DNA of 64,000 bases from Acidobacteriota bacterium (GCA_012719355.1 JAAYAM010000077.1:25383-89382), one strand, 5' to 3'. Positions 19,962 through 30,187 are shown, counted from the first letter of the stretch. The notes: generated by a model not told the origin, from the sequence alone. Numbers and translations: made by a program.

Positions 19962-21488
19962 ATGCAAACGACCGCCCTGCTGAAGAAACTGTCCATCAAT
20001 GATGTCAATCCCGGCGCCTGTTACGGTATCGAAGGATGGATCACCGATCCGGAGGGAGAGGAGACCGTCTCGACGAATCCGTCGACGGGAGAGCGAATCG
20101 CCGCAATAGTACAGGCGGGTCCACACGCGTATGAACACGTGGTGAGCGAGGCCGTCCGGGCGTTTGAATCCTGGCGCATGACACCCGCACCTAAGCGCGG
20201 TGAGGTAGTGCGCGATCTCGGCAATGCTCTCAGGGAACTGAAAGAGCCTCTGGGAGAGCTCGTCAGCGTCGAAATGGGAAAGATCCTTGCTGAAGGTCAC
20301 GGCGAAGTGCAGGAGATGATCGACATATGTGACTTCGCGGTGGGCCTCTCCCGTCAGCTCTATGGGCTGACGATGGCCTCCGAGCGGCCGGCACACAGGA
20401 TGATGGAACAGTGGCATCCGCTCGGCCCCACCGGCGTTATCACGGCGTTCAACTTCCCGGTCGCGGTGTGGTCCTGGAACAGTGCAATCGCTGCCGTCTG
20501 CGGCGACCCGGTCGTATGGAAACCTGCAACTCCGACAATGCTGTGTGGGATTGCGGTGCAGCATATCGCTAACCGGGTGATGGCGGACCACGGAGTCAGC
20601 GGCATTTTCAATCTCGTGGCCGGACCGGCTGACAGCATCGGCAACCGGCTGCTCAACGACCGGCGTTTGCCGCTGATCTCATTCACCGGCTCCACCCGGG
20701 TGGGGCAGCATGTCGCCGGGACAGTGGCGCACAGGTTCGGTCGCACGATTCTTGAACTGGGCGGAAACAACGCGATCATCGTAACCGAGGACGCCAACCT
20801 CGATCTGGCGGTCAGGGCAATTCTCTTTGGAGCCGTGGGCACTGCCGGCCAGCGTTGCACGTCGACCAGGCGGCTCATCGCGCATAGAAAAGTTGCCAAG
20901 GAACTCACCCGGCGTCTCGTAGACGCATACGAACAGGTGAGAATCGGCGATCCGCTCGATCCCGCTGTCCTGATGGGACCGCTCATCACTGCCGATGCGG
21001 TCGAGGAAATGTTCAGGGCGATCGAGGCAGCGAAAGCCGACGGAGGGAAGGTGCTGTTCGGAGCACGCCGCCTTCCCGTACTCGGACAGCAGTTCGTTGA
21101 ACCTGCCATCGTCCTGATGCCCGCCCAGACAGCAATTGTGAAGAAGGAAACGTTCGCACCGATTCTCTATATTCTGGAGTACGACGATTTCGCGCAGGCC
21201 ATGCAACTGCACAACGATGTCCCGCAGGGGCTGTCAAGCGCGATATTCACTTCCAGCCTGCAGAAGGCCGAGGAGTTTCTTTCCCCCTGCGGTTCCGATT
21301 GCGGCATCGCCAATGTCAATATCGGGACCTCGGGTGCGGAAATCGGTGGAGCTTTCGGCGGTGAAAAGGAGACAGGAGGTGGAAGGGAATCCGGCTCCGA
21401 CGCATGGAAGTCGTACATGAGACGCCAGACCAATACCGTCAACTGGTCCGATGAACTCCCGCTGGCCCAGGGAATCAAGTTCGGGTAA
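19962..21488 (+). CDS. ALDH7-family alpha-aminoadipic semialdehyde / piperideine-6-carboxylate dehydrogenase
   Basis: C-terminal FGGEKETGGGRESGSDAWKSYMRRQTNTVNWSDELPLAQGIKFG is near-identical to the antiquitin (ALDH7A1) C-terminus. Catalytic Cys in AGQRCTSTRR. Start set at internal ATG 19962, preceded by gggaggagcc. Confidence 0.85.
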   Translation: MQTTALLKKLSINDVNPGACYGIEGWITDPEGEETVSTNPSTGERIAAIVQAGPHAYEHVVSEAVRAFESWRMTPAPKRGEVVRDLGNALRELKEPLGELVSVEMGKILAEGHGEVQEMIDICDFAVGLSRQLYGLTMASERPAHRMMEQWHPLGPTGVITAFNFPVAVWSWNSAIAAVCGDPVVWKPATPTMLCGIAVQHIANRVMADHGVSGIFNLVAGPADSIGNRLLNDRRLPLISFTGSTRVGQHVAGTVAHRFGRTILELGGNNAIIVTEDANLDLAVRAILFGAVGTAGQRCTSTRRLIAHRKVAKELTRRLVDAYEQVRIGDPLDPAVLMGPLITADAVEEMFRAIEAAKADGGKVLFGARRLPVLGQQFVEPAIVLMPAQTAIVKKETFAPILYILEYDDFAQAMQLHNDVPQGLSSAIFTSSLQKAEEFLSPCGSDCGIANVNIGTSGAEIGGAFGGEKETGGGRESGSDAWKSYMRRQTNTVNWSDELPLAQGIKFG

Positions 21489-21627
21489 GCGATCGATCGG
21501 AAGGGCAAAAACCTGTCAAATTTCGTATTCCCCTGTTCCCACCGGCAGGCAACGGGTGTAATATCGCACGTTGCTTTGCGTCGCGTAATTTGTTCGGGGA
21601 CCTAATCCAGGAAAACATGGACGACTG

Positions 21628-22662
21628 ATGGAACAGGAAATTCGACAGATAAACTTCGCCTTCATGGGTTTTGGGCACGTCGGCCGTGCGTTTGCGCGGC
21701 TTCTTATAAACCGGCGGAATTGGCTGCTGAAGGAATACGGGGTTGAATGGAAGATCACCGGAATCGCGACGAAGAGTCATGGCACCTGCATAGATCACGC
21801 CGGGCTCCCGATCAGGAAGATACTCGGGTCATGGAAGCGCCATTCAAACCTGGAGAACTTCCACAATGGACCGGTCTGCGCTTCACACACTGATTTCATC
21901 AGGCAGTGCGGAGCCGATGTTTTGTTTGAAATGAGCGTGCTCGACCTCAGCGGACAGCCGGCGGCGACGTACATCCGCGAGGCGCTGGGCGCAGGGCTGA
22001 ACGTGATCACGACCAACAAGGGGCCGATTTCGACGCATTTCCGGGCGCTGACAAAACTCGCACGGCTGCGCGACGTCGAGCTTCTGTATGAAGGGACCGT
22101 GATGGACGGGGCGCCTGTGTTCAATATGGTGCGGCAGAATCTGCCGGCGACACGCATCAGATCGCTGCGCGGCATCCTCAACAGCACGACCAACTACATA
22201 CTCACCCAGATGGAGCAGGGAACGCCTTTCGAGTCGGCGCTTGAATATGCGAAGAATGCCGGTCTGACCGAAGCGGATCCGCGCCTCGACCTGGACGGGT
22301 GGGATGCGGCGGCAAAACTCTCCGTTTTGATACAGGCCCTCATGGGAGCCACGGTCAAGCCGAAGGACATCGAAAGGAGCAGCATCTCGGAGGAGACGGG
22401 TAAGATCGTGCGCGCCGCGGTACGGCGTGACAGGAGGCTGCGCGCCGTTGCACGCGCCTACCGGCAGGGGGGCAGGGTAATCGGAAAAGTTGAACTGCAG
22501 GAACTGGAGATATTCGACCCGCTCGCGGCGATACGCGGGCTGAGCAACATCCTCATCATAAACACCGATACAGTGCGCGAACTGGCAATTGTCGAGAACA
22601 ACCCGTCGGTCGACCAGACCGCCTTTGCTCTGTTCGCAGATCTGGTTTCGCTTCTCGAATAG
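21628..22662 (+). CDS. homoserine dehydrogenase family protein (no ACT domain)
   Basis: NAD-binding FMGFGHVGRA; HSD catalytic-domain signature AKNAGLTEADPRLDLDGWDAAAKLSVL and NSTTNYIL. Confidence 0.6.
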   Translation: MEQEIRQINFAFMGFGHVGRAFARLLINRRNWLLKEYGVEWKITGIATKSHGTCIDHAGLPIRKILGSWKRHSNLENFHNGPVCASHTDFIRQCGADVLFEMSVLDLSGQPAATYIREALGAGLNVITTNKGPISTHFRALTKLARLRDVELLYEGTVMDGAPVFNMVRQNLPATRIRSLRGILNSTTNYILTQMEQGTPFESALEYAKNAGLTEADPRLDLDGWDAAAKLSVLIQALMGATVKPKDIERSSISEETGKIVRAAVRRDRRLRAVARAYRQGGRVIGKVELQELEIFDPLAAIRGLSNILIINTDTVRELAIVENNPSVDQTAFALFADLVSLLE

Positions 22663-22665
22663 CCG

Positions 22666-23439
22666 CTACACTCCCCAGGCTCCGCTGACCTGAATATTGG
22701 CGCCGTTTACGTAGCGTGCTTCCTCCGAAAGCAGAAACAGTACGGCTCCGACAGCATCTTCCGGACTGCCCGCGTAGCCGGCTGGAATGCTTTGCAGCCA
22801 GCGGGCAATCTCCTCCTGGGGAATGCCGCCGGTGTCTATGAATCCGGGAGAGATGGAGTTGACCGTGATCCCGTGCGGAGCCAGCACTTTCGCCAGAGAG
22901 CGGGTCAGAACGATCACACCGATTTTCGATATATAGTGAGCCGTGACGTAAGGCTGTCCCGTGTTCTGATCGGCGTTGACCATACCGAAATTTATGATCC
23001 GTCCCCATTTGAGCCGCATCATCGCGGGAGCCACAGCGCGGCTCAGGTAAAAAACCGGGTGGAGATTGTTGTCAAACATCTCGCGCCACCCCTGGACGCT
23101 CTCCTGAAGCAGGTGAACGCGGTGGTAGCTTCCGGCGCAGTTAATCAGCGCGTCAACACGTCCGTAGTTTTCCTCGACACCGCGCACCAGATTTTCGGCA
23201 TCGGGAGCACTAGACACATCGGAACGTACAAGCATGAATTGCGCGCCTGCCGCCCGCAGTTCCGCTTCCAGCGTTGAGGCTTCCTGTTCGCTTTTCCGGT
23301 AGCAGACCGCCACGATCCAGCCGCGGCGGGCAAGCGCCAGCGTGACTGCACGACCGATTCCCCGCACGCCCCCTGTAATGAGCGCGACACGCGACGCGGT
23401 ATTCTGAATCATGCTGCTGCTCTTCTCTTCCATATTCAC
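22666..23439 (-). CDS. SDR-family oxidoreductase
   Basis: TGGVRGIGRA Rossmann motif and the YxxxK catalytic pair (YISKIG). Start may be the internal Met at 23412. Confidence 0.8.
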   Translation of the reverse strand: MNMEEKSSSMIQNTASRVALITGGVRGIGRAVTLALARRGWIVAVCYRKSEQEASTLEAELRAAGAQFMLVRSDVSSAPDAENLVRGVEENYGRVDALINCAGSYHRVHLLQESVQGWREMFDNNLHPVFYLSRAVAPAMMRLKWGRIINFGMVNADQNTGQPYVTAHYISKIGVIVLTRSLAKVLAPHGITVNSISPGFIDTGGIPQEEIARWLQSIPAGYAGSPEDAVGAVLFLLSEEARYVNGANIQVSGAWGV

Positions 23440-25133
23440 TGCTGAATGTCCGACGTCCCTTTGGACGTATACAGGTACCGCTTCACTTTCCTTGTTGTGG
23501 TCTTTTCGAGTTCCTCATACCGCACAGTCAATTCTGTCACTCTCTTGAACGGAGCGAGTTTCCTGCAACGCTCCCTCACTTCAGCCCTGATGAGACTCTC
23601 AATGGCGGGCCGGTCCAGTCCCTTCTGGGTACAGGCATCCATGTCAGGAACGGCGATCGCCTCGATGATCACGTCTTTATCAGCAGAGCCCCAGACCAGG
23701 CATTCCGAGATATATGGTGACTTGAGAATCTCGGCCTCCACTTCCTCGGGATATATCTTCTTTCCTGCGGAAGTGACAATCACTGACTTCTTCCGGCCGC
23801 GTATAAACAGGAAACCGTCATAATCGACAAATCCGAGGTCGCCCGTATGAAGCCATCCATCTTCCAGTGCGTCGCTTGTGGCGTCGGGATTATTGTAGTA
23901 CCCGAGCATGATGTTCGGACCGCGCGCCAGGATTTCACCGTCTTCGGCAATCCGCACCTCCACGCTCGGCAATGGAAGTCCCGCTGCATCGTCTTTGAAC
24001 GCTTCGTTGCGGTTCACGGCAATTATGGGCGACGATTCCGTAAGCCCGTAACCTTGAAGAAAAGTGATGCCCAGTTCGCGGAATCCCCGCGCGACCGCGG
24101 GATCGACTGCAGCGCCGCCCGATATCAGGATCCGCAGCGAGCCGCCCAGTTTGCGGTGCACGGCGCGGAAGAGGAGCCTGCGTATATTCAAACCCAGAAC
24201 TTTCTCGGAAAGCGCCGCAAGCTTCTTCGCGGCGTTTACTTTCCACATCCCTCTTTCGGCCATCGCGGCTTCGATTTTCGAGTAGACGGCATGCCAGAGA
24301 AGCGGGACTCCGAGCACCGCGGTGGAACGCGTTTCACACAGATTTTCCACAAAACGGCGGAGGTTCTCTGCGTATGATATTGTCGCGCCAAGGTAAAGAG
24401 CGAGAAGGAAGCCGTCGGTGCATTCGTAGCTGTGGTGGATGGGAAGGACCGAAAGGAACCGGTCCTCCGTGCGGAGATTCACCCATCTGACCGCGTCAAC
24501 AAGATTGCTCGCGATGTTCCTGTGGGTGAGCATGACACCCTTGGGGTTCCCCATAGTCCCGGAAGTGAACAGAATCGAGAGCAGACTGTCAGGTGTGACA
24601 GTGCGGTCCTCAAAATCGTTCTTCCCCGATTCAATCCGTGCGCGCCCAAGCCGCTTCAGTTCGGTAAAGGAGATGATTCCCTCCCGTGCTGCATCGTCCA
24701 TGCTGACGGCGGAGGCGAGAAACGGAAGTTCCCTACGCAGTCCGCAGATCATCTCGATATGCCTGTAGTCAGCGATGACGGCCTGCGCTCCCGAGAGTTC
24801 GAGTATGTTGCGGACCTCCGTCTCTCTCAGCTCTTTATCGACGGGAACGCAGACGATGCCGGTACAGGCCGCCGCAAGATAGCTGACCGCCCACTCCGGG
24901 CGGTTGTCTCCGACGATCGCAACCTTATGCGACGGATGCAGCCCGAGAGCGGCCAACCCGCCCGCCACCGCCTCAACGTCGGCCCGCAACTCGCGGTACG
25001 TGATCGGGATCCATTCCCCGGCTCTCTTGTGTTGCAGCGCCGCCTTTCCGGCAAACCTGCGCGTGCCGTGGATGAACATCTCGCGTATGTCGGCGATCGG
25101 CTCTGCGGGATACGGCGGATAGATTCCTTTCAT
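23436..25133 (-). CDS. long-chain acyl-CoA synthetase (AMP-dependent ligase)
   Basis: AMP-binding motif FTSGTMGNPKGVMLTH, GYGLTESS and the C-terminal KIYPEEVE region. Confidence 0.85.
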   Translation of the reverse strand: MKGIYPPYPAEPIADIREMFIHGTRRFAGKAALQHKRAGEWIPITYRELRADVEAVAGGLAALGLHPSHKVAIVGDNRPEWAVSYLAAACTGIVCVPVDKELRETEVRNILELSGAQAVIADYRHIEMICGLRRELPFLASAVSMDDAAREGIISFTELKRLGRARIESGKNDFEDRTVTPDSLLSILFTSGTMGNPKGVMLTHRNIASNLVDAVRWVNLRTEDRFLSVLPIHHSYECTDGFLLALYLGATISYAENLRRFVENLCETRSTAVLGVPLLWHAVYSKIEAAMAERGMWKVNAAKKLAALSEKVLGLNIRRLLFRAVHRKLGGSLRILISGGAAVDPAVARGFRELGITFLQGYGLTESSPIIAVNRNEAFKDDAAGLPLPSVEVRIAEDGEILARGPNIMLGYYNNPDATSDALEDGWLHTGDLGFVDYDGFLFIRGRKKSVIVTSAGKKIYPEEVEAEILKSPYISECLVWGSADKDVIIEAIAVPDMDACTQKGLDRPAIESLIRAEVRERCRKLAPFKRVTELTVRYEELEKTTTRKVKRYLYTSKGTSDIQQ

Positions 25134-25155
25134 CGTCCGAGACCCTTGCCGGTCT

Positions 25156-25812
25156 TCAGTTCAGACCTGGATTTTCGGGTTTGATGTTCTCAAACTTGCG
25201 CACCAGTGTGAGCACTTCCAGTTGCTCCTGCAGAACCGGAATCAGCGCATCGCATCTGTCGGAAATGTCCTCGATCTCCAGCAGATACTGTTTCTGTTCG
25301 ATTGTCAGGTTGAGCGTCATGGCGACTATGTTGACGAGTGATTCGAAATCGAGCTGGGGCATTATCTGGAGAGCGTCCTGTTTCGACCCGGTAGCCAGTT
25401 CGGTAAACCTGGCGAAAAGGCCCCCGAGCTGGTTCTGACGCTGGATGACAGTTTCCGACTGCTCATCCGGTTCCGGTTCCTCGAGTTCCTCGATTTCGAC
25501 GAGCCTGTAGGGGGAATGCTGGATCTCACCGATGATGCGTACCCGATGTATTCCGACCACTACAATATTGTACTTGCCGTCTTCGAGTTCCTCATGGCTT
25601 TCTATTCTCCCCAGACAGGCGATCTCGTGGACGGCTGAACCCCTGGAGTACTTTGTTTCGTGGTCGGAGCGCAACAGCGCTATCACGAGCTCTTTGTCGC
25701 CATTAAGAACGTCCTTAATCATGGTCCGGTATCTCTCTTCGAAAATGTAGAGCGGAAGCGGTGTTTTGGGGAAGAGCACGACGTTCGGCAAAGGGAAAAG
25801 TGGAATAATCAT
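25156..25812 (-). CDS. standalone LON N-terminal (substrate-binding) domain protein
   Basis: MIIPLFPLPNVVLFPKTPLPLYIFEERYRTMI is the canonical start of the Lon N-domain. 218 aa, with no AAA or protease domain. Confidence 0.7.
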   Translation of the reverse strand: MIIPLFPLPNVVLFPKTPLPLYIFEERYRTMIKDVLNGDKELVIALLRSDHETKYSRGSAVHEIACLGRIESHEELEDGKYNIVVVGIHRVRIIGEIQHSPYRLVEIEELEEPEPDEQSETVIQRQNQLGGLFARFTELATGSKQDALQIMPQLDFESLVNIVAMTLNLTIEQKQYLLEIEDISDRCDALIPVLQEQLEVLTLVRKFENIKPENPGLN

Positions 25813-25909
25813 TGCAGTTGGATATTATTCCGTTGATCACCTTCCCGTCAATGCGTAGAGTTTTTGTTGAGGGTGAGTCAAAGAAACGCACAATCGGAGG
25901 TGCCACCCG

Positions 25910-26818
25910 GTGCGCGCATTTCTCCTCTTCCTGTCCAGGCACGAAGGGTTTAAGAATTTCGCTCTGAATTTCAGGATTTTCCGCAAAACCGCTCTTCGCT
26001 TCATCGCTGGAGAAACGCTGGACGATGCCATCAGGGTGGTACGTGAAATGAACCGCGGGAAGATCTCGGGCACGCTCGATCTGCTCGGCGAAGAAACGCA
26101 GTCCCGCGAAGACGCGCTGAGTGCGTCCAGGGAAGTCATTGAGGTCCTTGACAGGATCGAACTCGAGCGGGTCGACTGCAATGTCTCGGTCAAGCTGACA
26201 CAGCTTGGCCTCGCCAGCGACAAGGAATTCGGCGGGCAGAATCTCCTCCGGATCGCGAGTCATGCGAGAGAAAGGGGGAATTTCGTGCGCGTCGACATGG
26301 AGGACAGCCGATATACCCAGACAACGCTGGAGACTGTAATCCGGGTGCATGAACAGCTGAACAATGTAGGTACCGTCATTCAGGCGTACCTCCACCGCAG
26401 CGAACAGGATGTGGCTGAACTGCTCAAAAAAGGAATACGGATCCGTCTTGTCAAAGGCGCATATCTGGAGCCGAAGGAAGTTGCATTCAGGAGAAAGCAC
26501 GACACGAACGCGAATTTTCTCAAGCTTATGAAGATGCTCCTCGAAAGTAAGACTTACAATGCAATTGCGACGCATGACGAGAAGATCATCACGGCGGCAA
26601 TTAGGTTCGCCGGCTCGAGGAAGATTCCGAAGGATCGCTTCGAATTCCAGATGCTTTACGGAATCAGGAGAGATCTTCAGTACCGGCTGGCGCGGGACAA
26701 CTACAGGGTGCGCGTCTACATACCGTATGGCAGGAAGTGGTATCCTTACCTGATGAGACGGCTGGCAGAGCGTCCGGCAAACGTCGCATTTATCGTGCGC
26801 AACATGTTCAAAGGATGA
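25910..26818 (+). CDS. proline dehydrogenase (monofunctional PutA-like)
   Basis: Beta8-alpha8 proline dehydrogenase motifs (VRVDMEDS, RLVKGAY, ATHDEKII, FEFQMLYGIRRDLQ). Confidence 0.8.
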   Translation: MRAFLLFLSRHEGFKNFALNFRIFRKTALRFIAGETLDDAIRVVREMNRGKISGTLDLLGEETQSREDALSASREVIEVLDRIELERVDCNVSVKLTQLGLASDKEFGGQNLLRIASHARERGNFVRVDMEDSRYTQTTLETVIRVHEQLNNVGTVIQAYLHRSEQDVAELLKKGIRIRLVKGAYLEPKEVAFRRKHDTNANFLKLMKMLLESKTYNAIATHDEKIITAAIRFAGSRKIPKDRFEFQMLYGIRRDLQYRLARDNYRVRVYIPYGRKWYPYLMRRLAERPANVAFIVRNMFKG

Positions 26819-26832
26819 GCAGGAAGTGTGAT

Positions 26833-27282
26833 ATGGAAGAGGAATCGATTGTAGCATGTCCGCACTGCGGGGCTCAGAACAGGATAGGAACCGCGCCGCC
26901 GGACCAGGTGCCGGTATGCGGTAGATGCAGGAACTCCCTCCCCTGGATCGTCAACGGAACCGATATCGGCTTTCGCAAGGAGCTTCAGACTACGCTGCCG
27001 GTGCTTGTAGACTTCTGGGCGTCCTGGTGCGCCCCCTGCCGCGTAACGGCGCCGGTCCTCGAGGAAGTGGCACGCGAACTGACGGGCAGGTTGAAGCTGG
27101 TGAAGCTGAATGTGGATCAGAATCCGTCGACGGCGGAACAGTTCAACGTGCGCAGCATTCCGACCATGATTCTGTTTGTGAATGGAGAACAGGTCCAGAC
27201 ACTGGTGGGTGCACAGTCGAAGGATGCGATTCTGCAGCAACTCAGCGGGCATCTCACCGGCGGCGTGCATCCTCCGCATTGA
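26833..27282 (+). CDS. trxC: thioredoxin 2 type (N-terminal zinc-finger + Trx fold)
   Basis: CPHCGAQNR...CGRCRN zinc-finger followed by the WASWCAPCR active site. Start at internal ATG 26833, 15 nt after the proline dehydrogenase stop. Confidence 0.8.
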   Translation: MEEESIVACPHCGAQNRIGTAPPDQVPVCGRCRNSLPWIVNGTDIGFRKELQTTLPVLVDFWASWCAPCRVTAPVLEEVARELTGRLKLVKLNVDQNPSTAEQFNVRSIPTMILFVNGEQVQTLVGAQSKDAILQQLSGHLTGGVHPPH

Positions 27283-27298
27283 TTCAGTGCCGGCGTCT

Positions 27299-28153
27299 TC
27301 AGGGTTGCAAGGTATCGGGCCAGAGGTCGGCCTCATAGGCGATCCTGGCTTCACCTTCAAGAAAGACCTCGCGGAACTGATCCCGGGAGAGTTCAAAATG
27401 AACTTTCAGCAGTTCGCCGCCGCGGGTCTTCACCTCGGCCGGAGACGCGACACGCCCTCGTACTGCAGCAATGAGCGTTGACGCGATCACGCCGGTTCCG
27501 CAGGCCAGTGTCTCGCCTTCCACGCCTCGTTCGTAGGTCCGGACACTCAGGCTTTGCGAATCCTTCACGTAAACGAAATTGACGTTTGTGCCCGCCGGCT
27601 GAAACTGCGAATGGAACCGCAGCGCGCGTCCCCAGTTGAACACGTCCGTCGCTTCAAGTTCTTCCTCCCCTTCGACAAACCACACCACGTGAGGGACTCC
27701 CGTGTTGAGGAAATCCAAAACGAACGTCCGTCCTTCAGCCTCGACATTGATATCCATCCGGAGATCGTGAGGAGGGGTCATCTGCACTTTCGCCATATCA
27801 TCCTGTAGTTCAGCCCGGATGATGCCAGCCAGGGTGCGGAAGGCCATGCTGCGTTTGTTCACGATTTTGTTGATGTAGGCGAATCTGGCTGCACAGCGTG
27901 CCCCGTTTCCGCACATTTCCGCCTCGCTCGCGTCGGCATTGAAGAAGCGCCATTTGAAATCAACTTCGGGATCGTTCTCGATCAGAATTACGCCGTCGGC
28001 CCCGACGGACTGCCGGCGCCGGCACGACAGCCGGACAAAATCGCTGCAGTCATCCGAAGCGACGACGCCCGCCCGGTTGTCGATTACGATGAAATCGTTG
28101 CCGGTCCCGGTCATTTTGAAGAAATGGATCTTCAGGCCTGGCTGCTGATTCAT
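27299..28153 (-). CDS. dapF: diaminopimelate epimerase
   Basis: FFKMTGTGNDFIVID and the second catalytic Cys in GETLACGTG. Confidence 0.9.
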   Translation of the reverse strand: MNQQPGLKIHFFKMTGTGNDFIVIDNRAGVVASDDCSDFVRLSCRRRQSVGADGVILIENDPEVDFKWRFFNADASEAEMCGNGARCAARFAYINKIVNKRSMAFRTLAGIIRAELQDDMAKVQMTPPHDLRMDINVEAEGRTFVLDFLNTGVPHVVWFVEGEEELEATDVFNWGRALRFHSQFQPAGTNVNFVYVKDSQSLSVRTYERGVEGETLACGTGVIASTLIAAVRGRVASPAEVKTRGGELLKVHFELSRDQFREVFLEGEARIAYEADLWPDTLQP

Positions 28154-29466
28154 ATCTGACGCGCCCTCTCGATAGAGTCGGGGATCGATTCGCCGCGGAC
28201 GAGGTCCTCCAATGTCTCGCGTTCGCGCGTGATGAAGAACCGGTCGCCGTCGACCATGACTTCTGCGGCGCGCGGCCTGGAGTTGTAGTTGGACGACATC
28301 GAAAACCCGTATGCACCTGCGCTCATGACCGCGAGGTATTCGCCCCGATTCAGTGCGGGGAGCTTGCGGTCGCGGGCGATGAAATCGGATGATTCGCAGA
28401 TCGGCCCCACCACATCGACAACACGGGTTTCGCGCTTCCCCTTTTCAAACGGCTGGATGCCATGGAAAGCCCCGTACAGACTCGGCCGCACCAGATCGTT
28501 CATACCGGCGTCGACTATGACGAATTCCTTAGTCTGAGTCTGCTTCGTATACAGCACCTGCATAATCAGACACCCGGCGTTGCCGACAATGACGCGCCCG
28601 GGCTCGAAAATCAGGGTACACGGAAGGTCTTTCAGTTCCTGAACCACCGCCTGCGCATATTCTCGGGGGTGCGGGGGCGTCTCTTCGCTGTAGGAAATCC
28701 CGAGTCCTCCCCCGAGATCCAGATATTGAACCTTGATGCCCATTTCTGCCAGCCGTCCAACGAGAATCTTGAGCCGTTTGAGCGCCTCCACGAAAGGAGC
28801 GATTTCAGTCAACTGGCTCCCTATATGGCAGTCCACGCCCAATATCTCGACGTGCTTCAATTCCAGGGCGCGCCGGTAGGCTTTCAGGGCGCCGTCGACA
28901 TCGATGCCGAACTTGTTCTTCCTGAGGCCTGTCGAAATGTAGGGATGCGTCCTGGGATCGACGTCCGGGTTCACCCGCAGAGCGATTCTCGCCGTTGCTC
29001 CGATGGCGGCCGCGCGGCTGTTTATCACTTCGAGTTCTTCCGCCGATTCGATATTGAACATGAGTATGTTCTCACGAAGCGCATAGTCGATCTCGGCCTC
29101 CGTCTTCCCTACTCCCGAATAGACAATCCGGTCTGGAGGGATTCCGGCCTTCAAAGCCCTGAAGAGCTCTCCTCCGGAGACTATGTCGGCCCCGCCGCCG
29201 AGGGAGGCGAAGAGACCGAGAATGGCCAGGCTGGAGTTAGCCTTGACCGAATAGCAGGTCAGGTGAGGGACCCCTTCGAAGGCGCCGTCAAATACGGTGA
29301 AGTGACGCGTCAGCGTCGCAACGCTGTACACGTAAGAAGGCGTACCGGCCTTCGCCGCGATATCCGCAAGGGGAACGTCTTCACAGTACAATCTCTCGTT
29401 CTGATAATGAAAATGGTGCATCGGCAACTCGCTTTCAATGAATCTGTCCGGCTGGAACAGAAGCAA
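28150..29466 (-). CDS. lysA: diaminopimelate decarboxylase
   Basis: PLP-lysine YSVKAN, GGGLGI, EPGRVIVGNAG and the C-terminal ESSDF motif. Start may be the internal Met near 29421. Overlaps the dapF start by 4 nt. Confidence 0.9.
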   Translation of the reverse strand: MLLFQPDRFIESELPMHHFHYQNERLYCEDVPLADIAAKAGTPSYVYSVATLTRHFTVFDGAFEGVPHLTCYSVKANSSLAILGLFASLGGGADIVSGGELFRALKAGIPPDRIVYSGVGKTEAEIDYALRENILMFNIESAEELEVINSRAAAIGATARIALRVNPDVDPRTHPYISTGLRKNKFGIDVDGALKAYRRALELKHVEILGVDCHIGSQLTEIAPFVEALKRLKILVGRLAEMGIKVQYLDLGGGLGISYSEETPPHPREYAQAVVQELKDLPCTLIFEPGRVIVGNAGCLIMQVLYTKQTQTKEFVIVDAGMNDLVRPSLYGAFHGIQPFEKGKRETRVVDVVGPICESSDFIARDRKLPALNRGEYLAVMSAGAYGFSMSSNYNSRPRAAEVMVDGDRFFITRERETLEDLVRGESIPDSIERARQI

Positions 29467-29617
29467 TTTAACTTATAGGATACTCTCAACATAGGAACAA
29501 GTGGAAAGCTGCGGCAAAAACCCGCCCGCCGCCATTCCGGCGGCACGATACGAGTGTTATAGTGGGAGGGTCTCCGTTGACGGAAAATACTCAAGTGCAG
29601 TGCAAGGAGGAAGAACC

Positions 29618-30136
29618 ATGGGTACAAGAGGACGTGAAATCGTCGGGATGGACGTAAACGAGTTGCTGGATCTGTTGAACGGCGCATATGCCAGCGAATG
29701 GCTCGCTTACTATCAGTATTGGCTTGGGGCCAAAGTCATCAAGGGTCCCATGAAGGATGCCGTGGCAGCTGAGCTCACGCTGCACGCCACGGAAGAGCTT
29801 GCTCATGCGAATCTGCTGGCGACGCGCATAGTGCAGCTCGGCGGCACCCCTGCCGTCAATCCGAAGCACTGGTTCGAGCTGAGCCCGTGCGCCTACGACG
29901 CCCCGGAGGATCCGTACGTGGGGGTCCTGCTTGAACAGAACATCGCGGGAGAGCAGTGCGCCATTTCCACATACAAGAACCTGATGGATATCACCAAAGA
30001 CAAGGATATGGTGACATACAACCTCGCGCTCGGGATACTCGAGCAGGAAGTGGAACATGAAGAAGATCTTCAGAGCCTGCAGGAAGATCTGGAGCTTATG
30101 ATGGAAAGAGGAACCGTGAAGGCCGGCAGAGCCTGA
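29618..30136 (+). CDS. ferritin-like superfamily protein (bacterioferritin/Dps-like four-helix bundle)
   Basis: ELLDLLNGAYASEWLAYYQYW...EELAHANLLATRIVQLGG...LEQEVEHEEDL di-iron ligand spacing. Starts at the internal ATG preceded by aaggagga. Confidence 0.6.
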   Translation: MGTRGREIVGMDVNELLDLLNGAYASEWLAYYQYWLGAKVIKGPMKDAVAAELTLHATEELAHANLLATRIVQLGGTPAVNPKHWFELSPCAYDAPEDPYVGVLLEQNIAGEQCAISTYKNLMDITKDKDMVTYNLALGILEQEVEHEEDLQSLQEDLELMMERGTVKAGRA

Positions 30137-30148
30137 TGCGCCATACGC

Positions 30149-30187
30149 CGCGGCAGGGCCGGCGGCTTCCGCCCGCCGGCCCCGCGG
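30149..30187. terminator. GC-rich bidirectional terminator hairpin
   Basis: GGGCCGGCGG-cttccgc-CCGCCGGCCC, a 10-bp perfect stem extended by flanking ccgcgg, between convergent ferritin-like and cytochrome c genes. Confidence 0.5.

Noticed and set aside
21489-21627. Possible riboswitch or sRNA in the 139-nt gap between the ALDH7 and HSD-like genes
   Set aside because: Only short, imperfect complementarity (cccctgttccc / ggcaacggg), and no recognisable riboswitch core motifs.
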